The notes: a model not told the origin generated them from the letters alone. A DNA stretch of 23,156 nucleotides from Candidatus Micrarchaeota archaeon (GCA_043813365.1 JBDRLB010000010.1:1-23156); one strand, 5' to 3'; shown: positions 8,399-18,932, counted from the stretch's first letter. Numbers and translations: made by a program.

Positions 8399-11300
8399 AT
8401 GACCGAACGGAAAGTCGGATACCGCTCTCCGATAAATAATTGGAAAGGGAAGAAGATCCTCGTAATAGGGAGCGGCCCCATCGTGATCGGGCAGGCTGCG
8501 GAATTCGATTACTCCGGCACGCAATGCTGCCGCGCATTGAAGGAGGAGGGCGTCATCGTCATTCTCGTGAACAGCAACCCCGCAACAATCCAGACGGATT
8601 TCGAATTCGCCGACAGGATATATATAGAGCCGCTGGTTCCGAAGACTCTTGAAAAGATCATCGCAGCCGAGAATCCGGATGGCATCATCGTGACCATGGC
8701 CGGCCAGACCGGGCTGAACCTTGCAACACAGATGAAGGATGCGATTGCACGCAACAACATCCGAGTTTTAGGGACACCCATTGAGGCCATCGCCCTCGCC
8801 GAGGACCGGGAGAAATTCGCGGAACTGATGCGGAAAATAAGCGAGCCAATACCGACAAGCGAGAGGGCAACATCCCTGGAGGAGGGGATTGCAGCTCACA
8901 AGAACATAGGCATCCCCCTGATCATCCGCCCGGATTTCGCGTTGGGAGGCAGCGGATCCGCGATCGTCCGCAAAGAAAGCGATTTCCTTCCTTCTTTGGA
9001 GAATGCGCTCAACCTCTCCGGCACGCATTCGTGCCTGCTGGAGCAGTCCGTTGAAGGGATGTGCGAACTGGAATACGAGGTCATCCGCGACTCCCATGAC
9101 AATTGCATCATCATATGCAACATGGAAAACATCGATGCGATGGGCGTGCATACCGGAGAGAGCATCGTTGTCGCTCCCTCACAAACCCTTACCGACAAGG
9201 AATACCATCAACTGAGGAAGGTCGCAATAAAGGTTGTGCGCGCACTCGGGGTTATCGGCGCGTGCAACATCCAATTCGCATTAAATCAAAAAACCGGCGA
9301 TTACTTTATTATTGAGGTCAACCCCCGCACCTCCCGCAGTTCTGCACTTGCATCCAAAGCCACCGGCTATCCCATTGCACGGATCGCCTCCAAAATCGCG
9401 CTCGGTTACCCGCTACATGAAATTGAGAACAAAATCACCGGGAAATCTGCCGCATTCGAGCCCGCCCTTGACTATGTTGTTGTAAAAATACCCAAATGGC
9501 CGTTCGACAAGCTGTACGCGCAAAAAACGCTGGGCACCCAGATGAAGAGCACCGGCGAAGTGATGTCAATCGGAAGGAATTTTGAGGAGGCGCTCCAGAA
9601 GGCGGTCCATTCCCTTGAGCTGAAGCAGAAAATAGAGTTCGATTTTTCAAATGAGGATGAAATTGAGAGGCTGCTCCAGCCAAACGAACTCCGCCTTTTC
9701 GCAATCAAGGACATTCTGCGCCAAAACCTTCTTTCCCCATCCGAAATCGCCTCCAAATCAAAAATCAACAAGTGGTTCATCGATAAGCTGAAAAACATCG
9801 TGGATATGGAATCGGAGCTCTCGAAAATCCGCATCGGCGACCCCTCTTCAAACGCACTCATATTGGATGCAAAGCGCTCGGGCTATTCGGACAACCAGAT
9901 CGCTAAATACGCGGGCGTCTCAACGGATGCGATATCCTTCCTCCGCAACAAGCAGAAAATGGATGCGTGCTTCAAGATGGTGGATACCTGTGCGGCTGAA
10001 TTCGAGGCAATCACCCCCCTATTATTACTCCACATACGAGCAGGAGGACGAGTCCATGCTGCTCGAAAAAAAGGGAAGCAGGAAAAAAGTGATTATTTTG
10101 GGCGGAGGGCCCATACGCATAGGGCAGGGGATAGAGTTCGATTATGCGACAGTGCATGCGGTAATTGCGCTGAAGGAGCTCGGATATGAATCCATAATCA
10201 TCAACAACAATCCCGAAACCGTTTCGACCGATTTCGACGTTTCTTCAAAATTGTATTTCGAGCCCCTCACTTCAGAGAACGTATTGAACGTGATTTCGAA
10301 GGAGGGGCAAATTGAAGGGGTTGTTGTGCAATTCGGCGGCCAAACTGCTGTGAACCTCTCCCTTCCGTTGGAGCAGGCGGGTGTCCGCATACTGGGCACT
10401 TCCGTCGCCTCGATTGATGCTTCCCAGAACCGCAAGAAATTCAAGGCGCTCATGCAAAGGCTCAAAATCCCCCTTGTTGAGAGCGGCGTCGCATTCACAC
10501 GCGAGGAGGCCCTCGAAATAGGCCGCAGCATCTCATTCCCGCTGCTGATCCGGCCTTCCTACGTATTGGGGGGCCGTGCGATGTCGATTGTTTACGATGA
10601 GAAGCAATTGCTGAAAAAAATCGATGAGGCAATTTTCATCTCCGGCAATTATGCCATCATCATGGACCGCTTCCTCGAGGATGCAATAGAGGTTGATGTT
10701 GATGCGCTTTGCGACGGGAAAAATGTGAAAATTGCGGGCATCATGGAGCAGATAGAGGAGGCTGGCATCCATTCGGGCGATTCGAGCTGCGTGATCCCTG
10801 CAATCCGCATAAATTCGGCCGCGCTACGGAAAATCCGCGATTACACAAAAAACATCCTCCTCGAGCTCAACATCATCGGGCTCGCCAACATCCAGATGGC
10901 CGTGAAAGGCGAGGATGTGTACGTTCTGGAAGTCAACCCCCGCGCCTCCCGAACCGTCCCCTACTTGAGCAAATCCACCGGCTACCCGATTGCGAAAATC
11001 GCGGCCGCTTTGCAGGTGGGGAAAAAGCTGACCGACTATTTTCCCTCCTTCGATCGCGAGCTCGTCCCGAAAAAAGGCTATTATTCCGTCAAAGTTCCCG
11101 TTTTCCCATTCATCAAATTCCCCGATGTGGATCCCCTTCTGGGGCCGGAAATGAAGAGCACCGGAGAAGTGATGGGCATCGCAAAATCATTCGAGGAGGC
11201 GTATTTGAAAGCGCAGCTTGCAGCAGGCAACAATTTCGGCAATTCCGTTTTCCTAGGAAGCTGCGGGAAATGGAAGAAAGTGCTCTCGCAGGCATTCCAA

Positions 11301-11579
11301 AAAGCCGGATTGAAAATATATGATTCCGAAAAATATGACCCTGCCTCAATTTTGCGCCTCCTAAAAGCGGGCTCCATCGCCTTCGTTGTTGATGGCATCC
11401 GTGCGCATGGCAATGGCGAGGAGGAAATCAGGAAAACAGCTGAAATCCGGAAACTCGCGATCCAGAAAAGATTGCCGGTGATAAGCAGCTATTTTGCTTC
11501 GCTGAAAATCGCGGAATCGATTCTGAAGATGAAAAATAAATGGGATTTTGAACCCATTGCGCTCAACGACCTAAAATAA
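8399..11579 (+). CDS. carB: Carbamoyl-phosphate synthase large subunit, interrupted by a +1 C at 10014-10019 (two ORFs: 8399-10189 and 10056-11579)
   Basis: GSGPIVIGQAAEFDYSG, EVNPRTSRSSALASKATGYPIA, GGGPIRIGQGIEFDY and EVNPRASRTVP. Removing one C restores [20 protein letters not shown] and a 1059-aa protein. Confidence 0.95.
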
Positions 11580-11600
11580 TTCAATACGAAAACATCAGAT

Positions 11601-12704
11601 TCACAATTCGAAAAACCTGTTCTTCCTGCTCAGCTTTTCGATTCCGTTCTTCCTGATCAGCACGTCATCCTCTATTCTCACTCCGCCGGTCCCCTTCACA
11701 TAAACTCCGGGCTCGACTGTGAAAACCATTCCCTCCTTCAGCTGGAATTTATCCCCCCCGAGCGTTTTCCCGTCATGCACCTGCAACCCGAGCGAATGCC
11801 CTGTTGAATGCACGAACTTCCCCCTGAATTCCGTTCTCTCGATGAAATCCTTCACTGCAGCATGCACAACAGCCGCATCCACTCCCTCCCGCATCAAATC
11901 GAATGCAACCTCCTGCGCATCCTCCACAACCTCAAGCATCCTCTGCTGCTTCTGGCTCATTCTCCCAAAAACAAATGTGCGCGTGAGATCCGAGCAATAG
12001 CGCTCATATTTCACTCCCCAATCAACCAGCACCATCTCCTGCCCATGCAATTTTGATTTTCCAGTTGAATAATGAGGTTCGGCCGCGTTGTTCCCGAATG
12101 CAACGATGGATGGGAACGAGTTCGTGCCGCCCATTTTATTAATTTGGAAGTTGAGCTCGGCGGCGATATCGTTTTCCCCAACTCCCTTCCTAAAAACGCT
12201 TTCGCCCGCTTCCGCAATATTTTCAAGCGCATCCTCGGCGATTTTAACCGCTTTTTTGATTTTCGCGATTTCAATCCCATCCTTTATTGCCCTCGCATCC
12301 CTCACTGCTGCCGAGGCATCTGAATATTTCCCCCCAATTTCCCCTTTCAGCCTCCTGAATGTTGCAACGCTCATTGCAGATTCATCTACTCCGATTTTTC
12401 CGCATCCCTTCAATTCCTTTTTCAGCAATTCGATGTTCTGCTTCCCACTTCTGAATACTTTCACATCGAGCCCCAATTTGTTCTGCCTATTCTCCTTTAC
12501 AGCTGTATTTTCCTCCAGTTGGGGGATCAATGCTGCGCAGCTCCCATCCCTCCTTATTATCGCCGAGCTTCCCTCGAACGACCCTCCAGTAAAGCCTGTA
12601 ACGTAGAAGAAAGAGTAATCCTTCACCCCGCCATAATTGATGAATACCGCATCTGGCTTTCCCTCCCCTAGCGATTCAAAAATCCGCTTGATCCTTTGTT
12701 TCAT
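11601..12704 (-). CDS. Xaa-Pro aminopeptidase / prolidase (M24B family)
   Basis: RAIKD, SFPSIVAFG, EPHY, VDWG..YCSDLTRT, HSTGHSLGLQVHD, FTVEPGVY and GVRIEDD. The start at 12704 is preferred; 12728 and 12758 are possible. Confidence 0.93.
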   Translation of the reverse strand: MKQRIKRIFESLGEGKPDAVFINYGGVKDYSFFYVTGFTGGSFEGSSAIIRRDGSCAALIPQLEENTAVKENRQNKLGLDVKVFRSGKQNIELLKKELKGCGKIGVDESAMSVATFRRLKGEIGGKYSDASAAVRDARAIKDGIEIAKIKKAVKIAEDALENIAEAGESVFRKGVGENDIAAELNFQINKMGGTNSFPSIVAFGNNAAEPHYSTGKSKLHGQEMVLVDWGVKYERYCSDLTRTFVFGRMSQKQQRMLEVVEDAQEVAFDLMREGVDAAVVHAAVKDFIERTEFRGKFVHSTGHSLGLQVHDGKTLGGDKFQLKEGMVFTVEPGVYVKGTGGVRIEDDVLIRKNGIEKLSRKNRFFEL

Positions 12705-12747
12705 ATGATTACCTGAATTATTCCCCATCCCCCGATTCTTCAATCCC

Positions 12748-14148
12748 CTAATTCGCATTCCTCCAGCTAGTGCTCCCGTCCTTGTTGTCCTCCAGCTGTA
12801 CGCCCTTCTCCTTCAGTACTTCCCTGATTTCATCCGCCCTCTTCCAATCCTTCCGTTTCTTTGCATCATCCCTTTCAGCAATCATCCGCCGTATTTCGCC
12901 CTCCTCAATTCCTGCATTCCCTTTCCCCTCCTTCTCGAAAATCCCGAGAATGCCCCCGAATTCCCTGAAAAGGTGCAGGCACTCCCCAAGCAATTCTCCT
13001 TTTTCGCCATCGTCCATCATCTCGAACGCGAAATTCTTAAGTTCGAACAGCACCGAAATCGCTTCCGGAGTGTTGAGGTCGTCATCCATTGCATTTAAGA
13101 ACGATTCCCTTATTTTGAGGAGATCCCCATCGGAGATTTTTTCCGCATCAACTGCATTTTTCTGCTGCAGCCTCCAAATCGCATTCTTCAGCGATGCCAG
13201 CGACTCCTTCGCCTGCATCACCGACTCATCCGAGTAATCAAGCGGCTGCCTGTACTGAGTTGAAAGGTAAAAGAAGCGGACAGTCTCCCCGTCGTATTTT
13301 TTGAGCATTTCCGAAAGGGGCAGAATGTTCCCCACGCTCTTCGCCATCTTCTCCTTCCTGATAGTGACGAAACCGTTGTGCATCCAGTATTTTGCGAACG
13401 GTTTTTTCCCGCTGGCGCCCTCAGCCTGCGCTATTTCATTCTCGTGGTGCGGGAATATCAAATCCTGGCCTCCGCAATGCAGATCAAACTGCTCCCCGAG
13501 GTATTTTGCAGCCATGGCGCTGCATTCTATGTGCCATCCCGGCCTTCCCTTCCCCCAAGGCGAATCCCAGAAGGGCTCGCCTTCCTTTGCGCTTTTCCAT
13601 AACGCGAAATCTGCCGGGTTCCTTTTGTTCTGGTTGATCTCAATGCGTTTACCCTTGATGAGCTCATCCAGGCTCTGCTTGCTTAATTTCCCGTACTCCT
13701 CGAATTTCCCGACCTCGAAGAAAACATCGCCCTTGCTTTCATATGCGAAACCGTTTCCAATCAGCTTCCCTATCATCCCGATGATTTCCGGAATGTGCTC
13801 CGTCACTTTAGGGTACTCGTCAGCACGCTTCACATTCAACGCATCGAACTCCCCAAAATACTCCTCAATGTACCTCGCGGAAAGTTTGAACGGATCCTCC
13901 TTCAGCTCCTTCGCCTTGTTGATGATTTTATCGTCAATGTCCGTGAAATTCTGGACGTAGGTGGTTTTCCATCCCCTGAAGGCAAGATACCTCCTCAACG
14001 TGTCCCAAACAACATAGCATCTCCCGTGCCCGATGTGCGAAGCGCTGTATGGAGTGATTCCGCAAACATACATGCGCACCTCCTTACCTTTAATTGGTTT
14101 GAATTCCTCCTTTTTGCCGCTCAAGGTATTGTGAATTTCAAGAGCCAT
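12748..14148 (-). CDS. cysS: Cysteine--tRNA ligase
   Basis: MYVCGIT, HIGH, DFALWK, GRPGWHIECSAM, DLIFPHHENE and KMAKS. Confidence 0.98.
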   Translation of the reverse strand: MALEIHNTLSGKKEEFKPIKGKEVRMYVCGITPYSASHIGHGRCYVVWDTLRRYLAFRGWKTTYVQNFTDIDDKIINKAKELKEDPFKLSARYIEEYFGEFDALNVKRADEYPKVTEHIPEIIGMIGKLIGNGFAYESKGDVFFEVGKFEEYGKLSKQSLDELIKGKRIEINQNKRNPADFALWKSAKEGEPFWDSPWGKGRPGWHIECSAMAAKYLGEQFDLHCGGQDLIFPHHENEIAQAEGASGKKPFAKYWMHNGFVTIRKEKMAKSVGNILPLSEMLKKYDGETVRFFYLSTQYRQPLDYSDESVMQAKESLASLKNAIWRLQQKNAVDAEKISDGDLLKIRESFLNAMDDDLNTPEAISVLFELKNFAFEMMDDGEKGELLGECLHLFREFGGILGIFEKEGKGNAGIEEGEIRRMIAERDDAKKRKDWKRADEIREVLKEKGVQLEDNKDGSTSWRNAN

Positions 14149-14246
14149 CCAGAGCCACCTGCTTCGCGTTTCTAATTAGATCGCAAATGCTTATATATGC
14201 CCCCGAATTACTACACTAAAACGGCAATTCCCGTGCCGGATTTCCG

Positions 14247-15506
14247 ATGGTCAAGATGTTTGCAATCGCGCTTAATTTGCTCCAAAAACTCGTGCTTGCA
14301 GTTGCCATCGGCGCGATCGTCGGGCTCGAAAGGGAACACACGAAAAAGCAGACGCTTCTTGGGCTGCGCACATTCTCGCTGATTTCCCTTCTGGGAATGA
14401 TCCTCACGGAACTCTCGAAGGACACCTATTACATCGCCTCCTCCATCGGGCTGCTCGGGATTTTTGGCATCTCCATCTCCTTCTACTTTTTCAAGGCAAC
14501 CCATTTCCGCCATTCGTTGGGCCTTACAACTGTCATGATGCTCCCTCTCACCTACATTTTAGGGATGCTGATCAGCTTCAACTACATTCTCGAATCAATA
14601 GCCGCAACAGTAATTGTTGCGACAGTGCTCATTGAGAAAGGGGAAGTCCACCACCTTGTTGAGAAAATCTCCCGGCGCGAAATTGTTGATTTCCTCATAT
14701 TCCTCGTGATAGCATTCGTGATTTACCCGCTTTTCCCCAGCGAGAGCTATTTATTTTTGGGGCACGAGGTGAACGCGCAGGCATTTGTTCTCACGGTAAT
14801 TCTCACCTCCTTCCTCAGTTTCGTTTCCCACGTGATCGCGCGGGTGATCAAGCACAATGCGGTTCTGTACGCCTCGTTTTTCGGCGGGCTCGTCTCCTCC
14901 CTTGCAACCGTGATGCTTTTTGCGCGCGACAGGAAAGTTACATTGGATGCGCTGAAATTGAGCTTTACAAGCTCTTCAGCAGGCTCCATTTTCCGCGACG
15001 CTGTTCTGCTCCTCTTCCTCTCCCTCCCGCTGTTCCGCGCGACGCTGTTCATTTTCGTTGTCCCGATGGCGGGCTTCCTCCTGCTCACGCAATTCTACTC
15101 CAAGGGCGTGAACCTCTCGCACTTCAAATTCATCTATGACCGCCCCATTTCGCTGCTATTCGTGATCAGGTTCGCGTTCGTGCTCTTCCTCGTCAGCACA
15201 CTGATCAATGCGGTTTTCGACTCCTCCTCGGAAGCGCTTCTATACCTGCTTTTCCTTCTGGGTGGGGCCGTCAATTCCGCATCCGTGATAGCATCCGTGG
15301 CATTCCTCTTCACAAGCGGCAGCCTCCCTGCTGATGCAGCATCCAACGGACTCTTCCTCGGTTTGCTGGGCTCAGCGCTTGCCAAATTGGCAGTTGCATC
15401 CGGGAAGGCGCAGATCCAGAATTTCAAGTACGTCCTCTTCCTTGTTTGCGCGAGCCTGCTGTTGCTGCTTTCGGGCTATGCGCTTTCTTACTTTTTTGCC
15501 TTTTGA
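14247..15506 (+). CDS. MgtC/SapB family membrane protein with DUF4010-like domain
   Basis: AIGAIVGLERE, GLRTFSLISLLG, GLTT and FFGGLVSSLAT; many TM segments. Confidence 0.85.
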   Translation: MVKMFAIALNLLQKLVLAVAIGAIVGLEREHTKKQTLLGLRTFSLISLLGMILTELSKDTYYIASSIGLLGIFGISISFYFFKATHFRHSLGLTTVMMLPLTYILGMLISFNYILESIAATVIVATVLIEKGEVHHLVEKISRREIVDFLIFLVIAFVIYPLFPSESYLFLGHEVNAQAFVLTVILTSFLSFVSHVIARVIKHNAVLYASFFGGLVSSLATVMLFARDRKVTLDALKLSFTSSSAGSIFRDAVLLLFLSLPLFRATLFIFVVPMAGFLLLTQFYSKGVNLSHFKFIYDRPISLLFVIRFAFVLFLVSTLINAVFDSSSEALLYLLFLLGGAVNSASVIASVAFLFTSGSLPADAASNGLFLGLLGSALAKLAVASGKAQIQNFKYVLFLVCASLLLLLSGYALSYFFAF

Positions 15507-15515
15507 TAAAATCAG

Positions 15516-16457
15516 TTATTTCCTCCTTCCCCTTACCAGCTGCCTCAGCATGTACCTTGTAGCTATACTGAACCTCTCCCTTCCCATCCCTGCCGCCCCC
15601 CTCATCCTTCCGGCAGCATTCAGCTGCAGCCTTCCGAACCTGCTGTTTTGCATCGCCCCAAGTATCGCACTCCTCCTTTGCTCATGCTCACTGATGCTCC
15701 TCCTTAACATTCCGGGGAACTCCTCGACCAATCTCCTTCCTTTGGTTTCGTTCAAATTTACGTAATCAGCAAGCCTTTCAACTTGTTCCCTGATGTAGAA
15801 TTTGCTCGGCCTGACTGTTCTCCACCTATGCCCCAATTCGTCCTGCCCCCGCGTCAGCAGCCTGCTTCCTCCAGCTGCACTCGCTGCGGCCATTGCCATT
15901 GCCCAAGGATCCGTGCCCATTCCTTTACCAAAAACATAACCCATCCCTCCGAGCCCCATCATCATTCCCGGATAAGTGTTTAGGTTATTCCTCACAATTT
16001 CCAAAAGCCGCCAGCTTGTTTTCATGGCGCCCCTTGTCCCTTCTTCCGCCCTCCTCGCAAGCGCTTCCCTTAGCAATGGCGGAATGGGAATCCTTGATAC
16101 CATCCTGCCTGCAAATGCGGGCGTCGCCTCAACCTGCCTTGCGCCCGGAAAATACGGGTTGATTCCCTCCCTCAGCATCCTTCTATTTTCCGGATGCTCC
16201 ATTTCCTTTAGCATCCGGCGCATGATTGTGATGTTCCTTCCGGCGCTCCACGCCCTTATTGCGAGCAAACTCCTTGGTATTTTCTGTGGCGCCTCGTAAG
16301 TGAACCTCTCCCTCAGAATTTCAGCCGAATCCTCCGGCGAGAGGAAATCGCGCACTCCCCTTTTCAACAGCCTTGCAAACCCCCCGCGCCTTCGCCTAAC
16401 TGCCCCCTTATCCCTTCTTACGGATTCCACTTCCCTTTCCCGCATTGCAGTTGGCAT
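15516..16457 (-). CDS. Hypothetical Arg-rich protein with a central Gly/Met/Ala-rich segment
   Basis: Long ORF filling the gap between genes; TTTATAT box about 25 nt upstream of ATG 16457; no family recognised. Confidence 0.7.
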   Translation of the reverse strand: MPTAMREREVESVRRDKGAVRRRRGGFARLLKRGVRDFLSPEDSAEILRERFTYEAPQKIPRSLLAIRAWSAGRNITIMRRMLKEMEHPENRRMLREGINPYFPGARQVEATPAFAGRMVSRIPIPPLLREALARRAEEGTRGAMKTSWRLLEIVRNNLNTYPGMMMGLGGMGYVFGKGMGTDPWAMAMAAASAAGGSRLLTRGQDELGHRWRTVRPSKFYIREQVERLADYVNLNETKGRRLVEEFPGMLRRSISEHEQRRSAILGAMQNSRFGRLQLNAAGRMRGAAGMGRERFSIATRYMLRQLVRGRRK

Positions 16458-16571
16458 GGGAACATTTTGCACTTTCGGAAATATAAATCAGCATCCATAT
16501 TAGCCAATCCCTCACTTTCCATAAAAACTGGCTGTGTTTTATTTATTAATCATAAATCCGTTGTTTTCTAT

Positions 16572-17819
16572 ATGTTCGAATCACTTAGGAGGGTGTTTTT
16601 AGCCAAGGGCAAAATAACGAGAAGCAGCGGCGAATATCTGATCCAATTCAGATTATTTGGAGATTCCAAGCGGTTTGCATCCGAAATTTCCAAAGACATT
16701 TCAAGACGGTTCGGCATCAAACAAGCCGCGAGACGCGGCCATCCGGCCCACGTCACCCTTTTTGGCCCATTTTCCTCTGAAGATGAGAAAAATCTAACCA
16801 TCGAGTTTGGATCATTCTGTAAAAAATTGGGTTTGATCAAATACCGCCTGAGTGGTTTTGACAATATCGACAAAGAGGTTATTTTCCTTGATGTTGAGCC
16901 CTCTGAAGATCTGAAGGAAATGCGTCATAATCTGGCCCAGCATTTTATGAAATTCACCCGCGGATACCCGATATGGGACGCGGGCAGGGATTTCATTTTC
17001 CATACAACTTTAACCAAGGACTTTGGCAATAAATTCAACCAAATTTGGAGTCATCTGAGCAAGGTTCATGCCCCCAAATTCGATCAATATCTATTGAGGA
17101 TAACGCTATTGCGGCGTGGTCGCATCCTTAGCGAGTATGATCTGATCCAACGGAAAATGTTGGATCGGGAAGCGGCTTTGAGCCGGGAGGAATTGCGCCG
17201 TACAATCTCCGCTGTTAATGAAATCAGGAAAAATGGCGGAAAACGGAAACAAGTTGTTTTCAAAGAAGATGGCTCTAGAAAGGTCTATTTCATAAGTGAT
17301 ACCCACTTTGACCATGCCAATATAATTCGTTATTGCAACCGCCCCTTTCATACTGCCGATGAAATGAATGCCTCACTGGTTGAAAATTGGAATAAGGCTG
17401 TTGGAAAGAATGATGCAATTTACTTCTTGGGGGATATGGCTTTTGGTGCCGGAAGCAGGCCCGCAAGCTATTGGCTATCGAAACTAAACGGGAAAATTAT
17501 TTTCATTGAAGGAAACCACGAGGAAACCGGAAAAATCAATACTTATCCGCCGGTTTGTGATCTGATTTTGGATTACAAGGAAAATCGCTATTTTCTAATT
17601 CACGATCCTGCTCAGGTCCCGAGTTATTGGAAAGGTTGGATTATCCATGGGCATAAACACAATAATGACCTAAGAAATTACCCTCTAATAAACCCAGTTA
17701 AAAAAACGATTAACGTCGGCGTGGAGTTGATCAATTATGCCCCAATAAGTATCGATAGAATTATCGAGCTTCAGAATAAATCTGCATCCACCCGCAATCA
17801 CCCCTCAATCCCAATATAA
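16572..17819 (+). CDS. Fusion of 2H-phosphoesterase (2'-5' RNA ligase-like) and calcineurin-like metallophosphoesterase
   Basis: Two HxT motifs (HVTL, FHTTL), then SDTHFDH, LGDM, GNHE, IHDP, HGHKH and INVGVE. Start re-called at ATG 16572. Confidence 0.85.
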   Translation: MFESLRRVFLAKGKITRSSGEYLIQFRLFGDSKRFASEISKDISRRFGIKQAARRGHPAHVTLFGPFSSEDEKNLTIEFGSFCKKLGLIKYRLSGFDNIDKEVIFLDVEPSEDLKEMRHNLAQHFMKFTRGYPIWDAGRDFIFHTTLTKDFGNKFNQIWSHLSKVHAPKFDQYLLRITLLRRGRILSEYDLIQRKMLDREAALSREELRRTISAVNEIRKNGGKRKQVVFKEDGSRKVYFISDTHFDHANIIRYCNRPFHTADEMNASLVENWNKAVGKNDAIYFLGDMAFGAGSRPASYWLSKLNGKIIFIEGNHEETGKINTYPPVCDLILDYKENRYFLIHDPAQVPSYWKGWIIHGHKHNNDLRNYPLINPVKKTINVGVELINYAPISIDRIIELQNKSASTRNHPSIPI

Positions 17820-17842
17820 ATCCCGTTCGCATCTGTTTTCGC

Positions 17843-18322
17843 ATGGAAGCCCAACTCACTACTGAAAAGCATCTCTCCGGCAGCATCACAACCGCCAGCG
17901 GAGCTTCCGAATGTTTGGAGCTTTCAGTTCAGCTTCAGGGAATTTCAAAGGTGCTTTTCATCGATGCGGGCAACATTTTCAACCCGTATTATTTGCACCG
18001 CACCTTCCGCGGTGAAGTTGAAATCCGGGAGGCGCTTTCGAACATCTCCATCTCGCGGCCCTTCACGATTTACCAATTGAGGCAGGCTGTTTTCGACATC
18101 GAGCCGCAGCTCGGCAATGGTTACCGTGTTTTGATAATCTCCTGCATCGACGACATGTTCTACGATGATGGGTTGGATAGGGAGGAGGCGAAGCAGGTAT
18201 TCCTGCAAACCATCTCCAAGCTACGCAAAACAGTCTCCCGCACCAACTGCTACTGCTTCATCTCCTTCATCGGGAAATATTACCGGAAGATGTTCGAAGA
18301 ATGGATGCAAGCATCAGCGTGA
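17843..18322 (+). CDS. Short RecA/RadA-fold protein lacking a Walker A motif
   Basis: VLFIDAGNIFNPY...ALSNISISRPFTIYQL...VLIISCIDDMF resembles the RadA/Rad51 core; there is no GxxGxGKT. Confidence 0.65.
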   Translation: MEAQLTTEKHLSGSITTASGASECLELSVQLQGISKVLFIDAGNIFNPYYLHRTFRGEVEIREALSNISISRPFTIYQLRQAVFDIEPQLGNGYRVLIISCIDDMFYDDGLDREEAKQVFLQTISKLRKTVSRTNCYCFISFIGKYYRKMFEEWMQASA

Positions 18323-18739
18323 TCGTTTTTTCCCCTTTTTCGTTCCCTTCCTCTTGAACCCAAGCGCGCCCGAATTAAGGCAATACCTCAACCCTGTTGG
18401 TTCCGGCCCATCCTCGAAAAGATGGCCCAGATGGCCGCCGCATTTTTTGCAAGCTACTTCCTTCCTCACCATCCCGTGGTCCCTGTCCTCCGCAATTTCG
18501 AGCTTTTTCCCATCCAGCGGATCAAAGAAGCTCGGCCATCCGGTGCCGGAATCGAATTTCGTTTCGGAAGCGAAAAGCGGCTCCCCGCAGCCGCCGCACA
18601 AGTAAACCCCCTCCTCATGGTTGTAGCAATACCTGTTTTGGAAAGGCGGCTCCGTGCCCTTTTTCCGCAGAATTGAATATGCCTCCGGCTTCAGCTTCCT
18701 CTTCCATCCTTCCTCCGTTTTCGGCATCTTTTTTGCCAT
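18314..18739 (-). CDS. msrB: Peptide methionine sulfoxide reductase B
   Basis: GTEPPF, CGGC, KFDSGTGWPSF, CKKCGGHLGHLFEDGP and RYCLNS. Start re-called at ATG 18739. Confidence 0.96.
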   Translation of the reverse strand: MAKKMPKTEEGWKRKLKPEAYSILRKKGTEPPFQNRYCYNHEEGVYLCGGCGEPLFASETKFDSGTGWPSFFDPLDGKKLEIAEDRDHGMVRKEVACKKCGGHLGHLFEDGPEPTGLRYCLNSGALGFKRKGTKKGKKRSR

Positions 18740-18932
18740 AATATGATTTCCCGTCCGTGCCTTATTTTCGTATGGTTTAATCCCCTCCCACCCGAACCCA
18801 TCCCCCAATCCGGGATATACGCCCTTTTCTCCTCATCCCCTGCATGTGAAGCGCCTGCCGATCAGTTTATATTTCCGCGCTGCAATATTATTATCAGTTA
18901 TTATTCGTTGTAAGCAATTATGAGGTGTTATT

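Noticed and set aside
9867..10019. Start of the second carB ORF at 9867
   Set aside because: This frame has no CarB similarity until after the C run; the other frame is the real coding frame here.
12770..14175. Long plus-strand ORFs opposite cysS, and similar antisense ORFs elsewhere
   Set aside because: Antisense shadows of well-supported genes, with Ser/Phe-rich composition and no motifs.
18777..18845. 22-codon ORF upstream of msrB (MQGMRRKGRISRIGGWVRVGGD)
   Set aside because: Too short to support, and the nearby TATA-like box fits the plus-strand TA operon at least as well.
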